DNA of 64,000 nucleotides, from the NCBI GenBank assembly GCA_965206745.1, contig OZ242220.1, forward strand, positions 1,248,001-1,312,000. Direction: 5' to 3'. Below the pieces are notes generated by a model. The model ran no database searches. It saw only the letters and a list, made by a program, of their open reading frames with translations, and was not told the DNA's origin. Within the stretch, counting starts at the first letter, position 1; every line of letters starts with the position of its first letter. Made by a program: the position numbers and the translations under genes. Of this stretch, positions 59,964 through 64,000 are shown in pieces. The stretch is from Nitrosopumilus sp. GTDB lineage: Archaea; Thermoproteota; Nitrososphaeria; Nitrososphaerales; Nitrosopumilaceae.

Positions 59964-60287
59964 ATGGAAATAGCAGATGAGTTGTTCAGGCCAATCCTCA
60001 TTACAAGAGGAAGAAAGACAGGCAGGGAGCACCCGGTGATGCTTCGGGCAGTCAATTATAACGGAAAAATATATTTTTCAAGACATAGGCCAGACGGGGA
60101 TTGGTTCAGAAATGTGCTTGCCAACCCAGATGTGAAAATTCAATACAACGATGAGACATTTACAGGAAGGGCACAGTTGGTTGAAGATCCGGAACTTGGC
60201 AGAAAAATATCCATGCTAAAGTATCCAGGAGAAGAAAGGGCAAAGGAGAAGAGGGTCACAATAGAGGTGACCTTGGATTCCAGCTAG
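59964..60287 (+). CDS. deazaflavin-dependent nitroreductase-like (split beta-barrel) protein
   Basis: LITRGRKTG..H.V, DWFRNVLANP.V. Confidence 0.85.
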   Translation: MEIADELFRPILITRGRKTGREHPVMLRAVNYNGKIYFSRHRPDGDWFRNVLANPDVKIQYNDETFTGRAQLVEDPELGRKISMLKYPGEERAKEKRVTIEVTLDSS

Positions 60288-61054
60288 GATTTTTTCAAAA
60301 ACTTGCACAGATAGTAGACCGTCAGTCCTCCCAGAATTACGGTGATGACTGCCAGTGGGAAAAATAATTCTGACGGAGCCGTGACTAACTCATCAGAGGA
60401 CAAGGTAGTACTGGCAACTTCCAAAGCCTCCTCTTCCAAAGTCACAGAATCCTCAGAATCCATTTGGGATTCAGATTCAACGATTAGTGCAGGGCCAGAT
60501 TCGCGAGTTGCAGAATAGACATCCTCTGATGATTCAGGCATCGGTATGGAAGATTGAGTTGGCGAGGCATCTCTGCTGGGACTTGGATTAATCGGAACTT
60601 GTTTGCTCTTTGTTATTTGAGATAAGGAGAGCAATCCAGAAAGGCCAGTTGCAAGTCCCAAGCCGGCGACTTTGTAAATATGTCTAAAAGAGCGAACAAG
60701 GAGTTTGCTCTCTTTAGTTTTTTCAGATAGTTTTGGCGGTACTATGACGATGCTGAATTTTGAAGCGGTGTAAACTTTCATGTCTTGTGATTTGGAATTT
60801 TTTTCAATCTTGGATATTTTGACCACCCCAAGGTCTTGTAGCTTGTTGAGGTGATATTTGACGAGTTGGAGTGAGATGTCACTTTTTTGAGCAAGCTGGG
60901 TGGCAGTCAAATCATCATTAAACAGCAGCTGCAGGATTTCACGGCTGGAATCACTTGTAAATACTTCGCCAAATGATTTTATTTTTTCATCATCTGTGGC
61001 CATGATCTTGATATTTTCAGTCAACTCATCATTTGACAAATCATCGGCAGGCAA
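60284..61054 (-). CDS. membrane-anchored ArsR-like winged-helix regulator
   Basis: SSREILQLL...LTATQLAQKSDISLQLVKYHLNKL wHTH; two hydrophobic segments flanking a Ser/Pro/Glu-rich linker. Confidence 0.8.
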   Translation of the reverse strand: MPADDLSNDELTENIKIMATDDEKIKSFGEVFTSDSSREILQLLFNDDLTATQLAQKSDISLQLVKYHLNKLQDLGVVKISKIEKNSKSQDMKVYTASKFSIVIVPPKLSEKTKESKLLVRSFRHIYKVAGLGLATGLSGLLSLSQITKSKQVPINPSPSRDASPTQSSIPMPESSEDVYSATRESGPALIVESESQMDSEDSVTLEEEALEVASTTLSSDELVTAPSELFFPLAVITVILGGLTVYYLCKFLKKS

Positions 61055-61193
61055 TAGAGTTGATTATCTGATTCCAGTATATGTAAATTGTTTGGTGAAA
61101 TTTGAATTTCACTAAACCTTTTATTCCAAACTATGAATTATAGTGTAAATGACAATTTCCAAGAGCAGGCGGCAATTAAAGCGAGGATAAAAA

Positions 61194-63410
61194 ATGAATG
61201 CAAAAATGACAATACCCATCGTAATTGCCATCTCGGTAATAGTTACAGCGGCAATAATATTTTCGGTAGGATTTGATAATCAGTCACAAACTAGGCAGAT
61301 TCCTCAGACTGAGAGAAACGATGCAGACAAGGCAGTTTCAGGGTTTTTTGGAGGAACAGGCAATATCAAAAAAATATCATCTCAGGAGGAACTAAAACAC
61401 ATTCTTGAAGTTTCCTCACTGTTTGGAGGAAATGACTACCAGATTTTAGAAAGTGCAGAATCTTTCAGGGAAGTTGCGGACGTTCCGTGGTTGTCCACAA
61501 CCGAATCAAGTTCGCCAGTTTTAAAAAGCGAGTCAACGGGAACCGACTATTCAACAACAAATGTACAAGTTAAAGATGTGGATGAATCAGACTATCTCAA
61601 AAATGATTCAAAGTATGTTTACATTGTATCGCAGAACACACTTTCAATTATAGATGCGTATCCTGCAGAATCTTCAAAGTTAATTCTAAAAATTGCACTA
61701 GATATTCAATCACAGTACATTCAGAACATGTTCCTAAAAGATGACAGACTAGTAATCTTTTACAACGGGGAAAGCGACGATGAGGTTATTCCACAGTATG
61801 ACTTTGTTCCAAGACGTACACACAGCCCGGTTACGCATGCGTTAATTGTGGACGTATCAGACAAGGAACGCCCCACAATACTCAAAGATTATTCCGTTGA
61901 TGGTCATTTCATGGATGCACGGATGATCGGGGATTATGCATACTTTGTAACAAACAGCTATGTGGATCATCAACACCCAAGACTTCCAGTAATAATGCAA
62001 GATTCAGTCAGAATCATGACGCCAGACGCATTTTACTTTGACAGCAGGGAGCAGTTTTCAAGCTTTAAGACGCTAACTGCAATTGACATTTTTGGGGATA
62101 AGATAAATTCCGAATCATTCCTGATGGGACATTCTGGAACATTTTACGTATCAAAAGACAACTTTTACTTGACATATCAGCAAAATATGCCATTTGAATT
62201 CCATGCGAGTTCATCAAGCAGCAGATTCTTTGATGTCATAGTGCCATTATTGCCAAACAGCATCCAAGAGCAGATCAAATCAATTCAAAAAGATTATTCA
62301 ATTGATCCTACAACACAGTGGGTAAAGATTTCAGAAGTGATGCAAGACTCTTACAACCAGATGGACAAAAACGACAAGGAAGAGCTGTTTGCAAAAATTA
62401 GAAACGCCCTAGATCAACATGATGCCAAGATGCAAAAGAACCATACAGGAACAATCATTCATAAAATTTCAATTGACGAGGACAAAATCCAATATATTGG
62501 CAAAGGCTCTGTTCCCGGCAGATTGCTCAACCAGTTCTCCATGGATGAAAACGGGGACAGATTCAGGGTTGCAACAACCACAGAATACTATATAGAGCAC
62601 AAAGGCACAGTTCGTGCAAATGCAGTCTACGTGTTAGACGAGCAGCTAAACATCGTGGGAGAGTTGGATCAAATCGCTCCAGACGAGAGTATCTTCTCAG
62701 CACGATTCATAGGCGATAGGCTGTATCTGGTAACATTCCAACAGATTGACCCCTTCTTTGTCATTGATTTGTCTTCGGACACCCCGAAAATTCTAGGGGA
62801 GCTGAAGATTCCCGGATTCTCAAACTATTTGCACCCATACGATGAGGATCACATCATAGGATTTGGAAGGGATACAAAGGAGATAGGCAATGGTAGAGTC
62901 CAGCAGCTGGGAATCAAAATCGCGCTGTTTAATGTGGCAGATGTGAGTAATCCAATAGTCGCAGATGACATCGTAATCGGAGATAATTGGACTGATTCGG
63001 AGGCATTATACAACCACAAGGCGTTCTTCTTTGATAAAAAAAGCGGAGTGCTGTCAATTCCAGTCAGCGGTGAACTCAAAAGTCTGGATGGAATTTCAAG
63101 TGCCAAAAAGATTGCGCCAGACTATAACGTCTGGAGCGGATTCTACGTGTTGGATTTGAATGATTCAGATGGGTTCAATCTCAAGGGAACCGTGACGCAT
63201 TCTGCAGAGGATTTCAGATATCATGGAATCAGCAACGCAAGGACTTTCTTCATTAACGAGGTCCTGTATACTGCCTCAGAAGGATACTTGAAGATGAATC
63301 TGTTGACCAACCTAGATGAGGTTAATTCAATAAAACTTGAAAACACTGGAAAATTTATCGGCTATATGGATAAAGATGTCATCGGCCAGGTTACACCAGA
63401 TGGACAATAG
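61194..63410 (+). CDS. secreted beta-propeller domain protein (Beta_propel family)
   Basis: N-terminal TM; YSTTNVQV.DVDE.D..K, LLNQFSMDE, R.ATT, DPFFVIDL, GELKIPGFS.YLHP. Confidence 0.9.
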   Translation: MNAKMTIPIVIAISVIVTAAIIFSVGFDNQSQTRQIPQTERNDADKAVSGFFGGTGNIKKISSQEELKHILEVSSLFGGNDYQILESAESFREVADVPWLSTTESSSPVLKSESTGTDYSTTNVQVKDVDESDYLKNDSKYVYIVSQNTLSIIDAYPAESSKLILKIALDIQSQYIQNMFLKDDRLVIFYNGESDDEVIPQYDFVPRRTHSPVTHALIVDVSDKERPTILKDYSVDGHFMDARMIGDYAYFVTNSYVDHQHPRLPVIMQDSVRIMTPDAFYFDSREQFSSFKTLTAIDIFGDKINSESFLMGHSGTFYVSKDNFYLTYQQNMPFEFHASSSSSRFFDVIVPLLPNSIQEQIKSIQKDYSIDPTTQWVKISEVMQDSYNQMDKNDKEELFAKIRNALDQHDAKMQKNHTGTIIHKISIDEDKIQYIGKGSVPGRLLNQFSMDENGDRFRVATTTEYYIEHKGTVRANAVYVLDEQLNIVGELDQIAPDESIFSARFIGDRLYLVTFQQIDPFFVIDLSSDTPKILGELKIPGFSNYLHPYDEDHIIGFGRDTKEIGNGRVQQLGIKIALFNVADVSNPIVADDIVIGDNWTDSEALYNHKAFFFDKKSGVLSIPVSGELKSLDGISSAKKIAPDYNVWSGFYVLDLNDSDGFNLKGTVTHSAEDFRYHGISNARTFFINEVLYTASEGYLKMNLLTNLDEVNSIKLENTGKFIGYMDKDVIGQVTPDGQ

Positions 63411-63972
63411 TTGAGACGCCGCGTCTATCAAATTCAACGTCATCTTTAATTTCACTCAGAGTCACAGTAAATGAGATTACATCTCGAGATTTTGCATTCT
63501 CTGCACAGAGTTTAAGATTAATATCCAAATTTTCAAATTCCTGCACAGGTAAATCATTCTCATCAAAATATGCATCACATGTTGATTCAATCCTAAATCT
63601 ATCGTCCTTAAAGTGAAATCCAAGCTTCATCTTTCTGCCTTCCCTTCCAATACCCTTTACAGTGACATCAATTACTCCAGGACTTGTTTGGGTGTAGCCA
63701 GATTTGTGGTTAACAAAGACTCCAATTTCAAGGGGTTTTCCTGCAGTTGCCTCAGCCATTTTTTGTATTCCGTCATTCATTACAACATCCACTGCCTTGA
63801 TGGATTGTGCAACTTTTGCTATCCAATCATTGGTTCGTGTAATGGTGGCACGTATTTCTGAACGCCTTCGCTTATCCTCATCTTCAGGCAGTTTGTAATA
63901 GTCAACCCATGCCTCATAATCATGGGAGATATCCTCGATAAAATCAATGCAGGTCCGCTTATAGTCATCCAC
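63391..63972 (-). CDS. hypothetical protein (may extend beyond the window)
   Basis: 193-aa ORF near the window edge, convergent with the beta-propeller gene. Confidence 0.6.
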   Translation of the reverse strand: MDDYKRTCIDFIEDISHDYEAWVDYYKLPEDEDKRRRSEIRATITRTNDWIAKVAQSIKAVDVVMNDGIQKMAEATAGKPLEIGVFVNHKSGYTQTSPGVIDVTVKGIGREGRKMKLGFHFKDDRFRIESTCDAYFDENDLPVQEFENLDINLKLCAENAKSRDVISFTVTLSEIKDDVEFDRRGVSTIVHLV

Positions 63973-64000
63973 ATTGTCGGTTCTAAGTGAGGCGTCATCT

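Overview
Gene-dense chromosomal segment of an ammonia-oxidising archaeon (Nitrososphaerota/Thaumarchaeota, Nitrosopumilus-like). The assignment rests on the archaeal information genes (TFB, Gar1, SRP19, Cdc48, aEF-1beta, prefoldin beta, short XPF, Pth2, TruD), a two-cupredoxin membrane protein, SbtAB and an intron-containing tRNA-Leu(CAA). Most of the window is core genome. It includes a dispersed iron/tetrapyrrole supercluster (sufC; chdC-like, fused ahbAB, sirC, hemA, hemB; sufBD-Rieske-sufS-sufU; hemL-hemC-cobA-hemD), pgk, an arsR/arsC/aquaporin unit and an ABC exporter. The best candidate for an uncharacterised system is an AT-rich island at about 1.7-4.5 kb carrying a divergent DUF5131 (Cx6Cx2C radical-SAM-like) / TcmP-like methyltransferase-fold pair. 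Other notable items: a 44-bp dispersed non-coding repeat (1956-1999 and 27791-27834) whose only two differences are mutually compensatory; DtxR-like 14-bp boxes in the same promoter position at sufC and sufB, about 18 kb apart; a large exported protein with five cadherin-like repeats; a coiled-coil protein with a histone-H1-like tail encoded by a 33-bp tandem repeat; an arcadin-1-like protein; and three microproteins below the ORF-track cutoff. No CRISPR array, rRNA, integrase or transposase was recognised. All family calls come from motif recognition, not from database searches.
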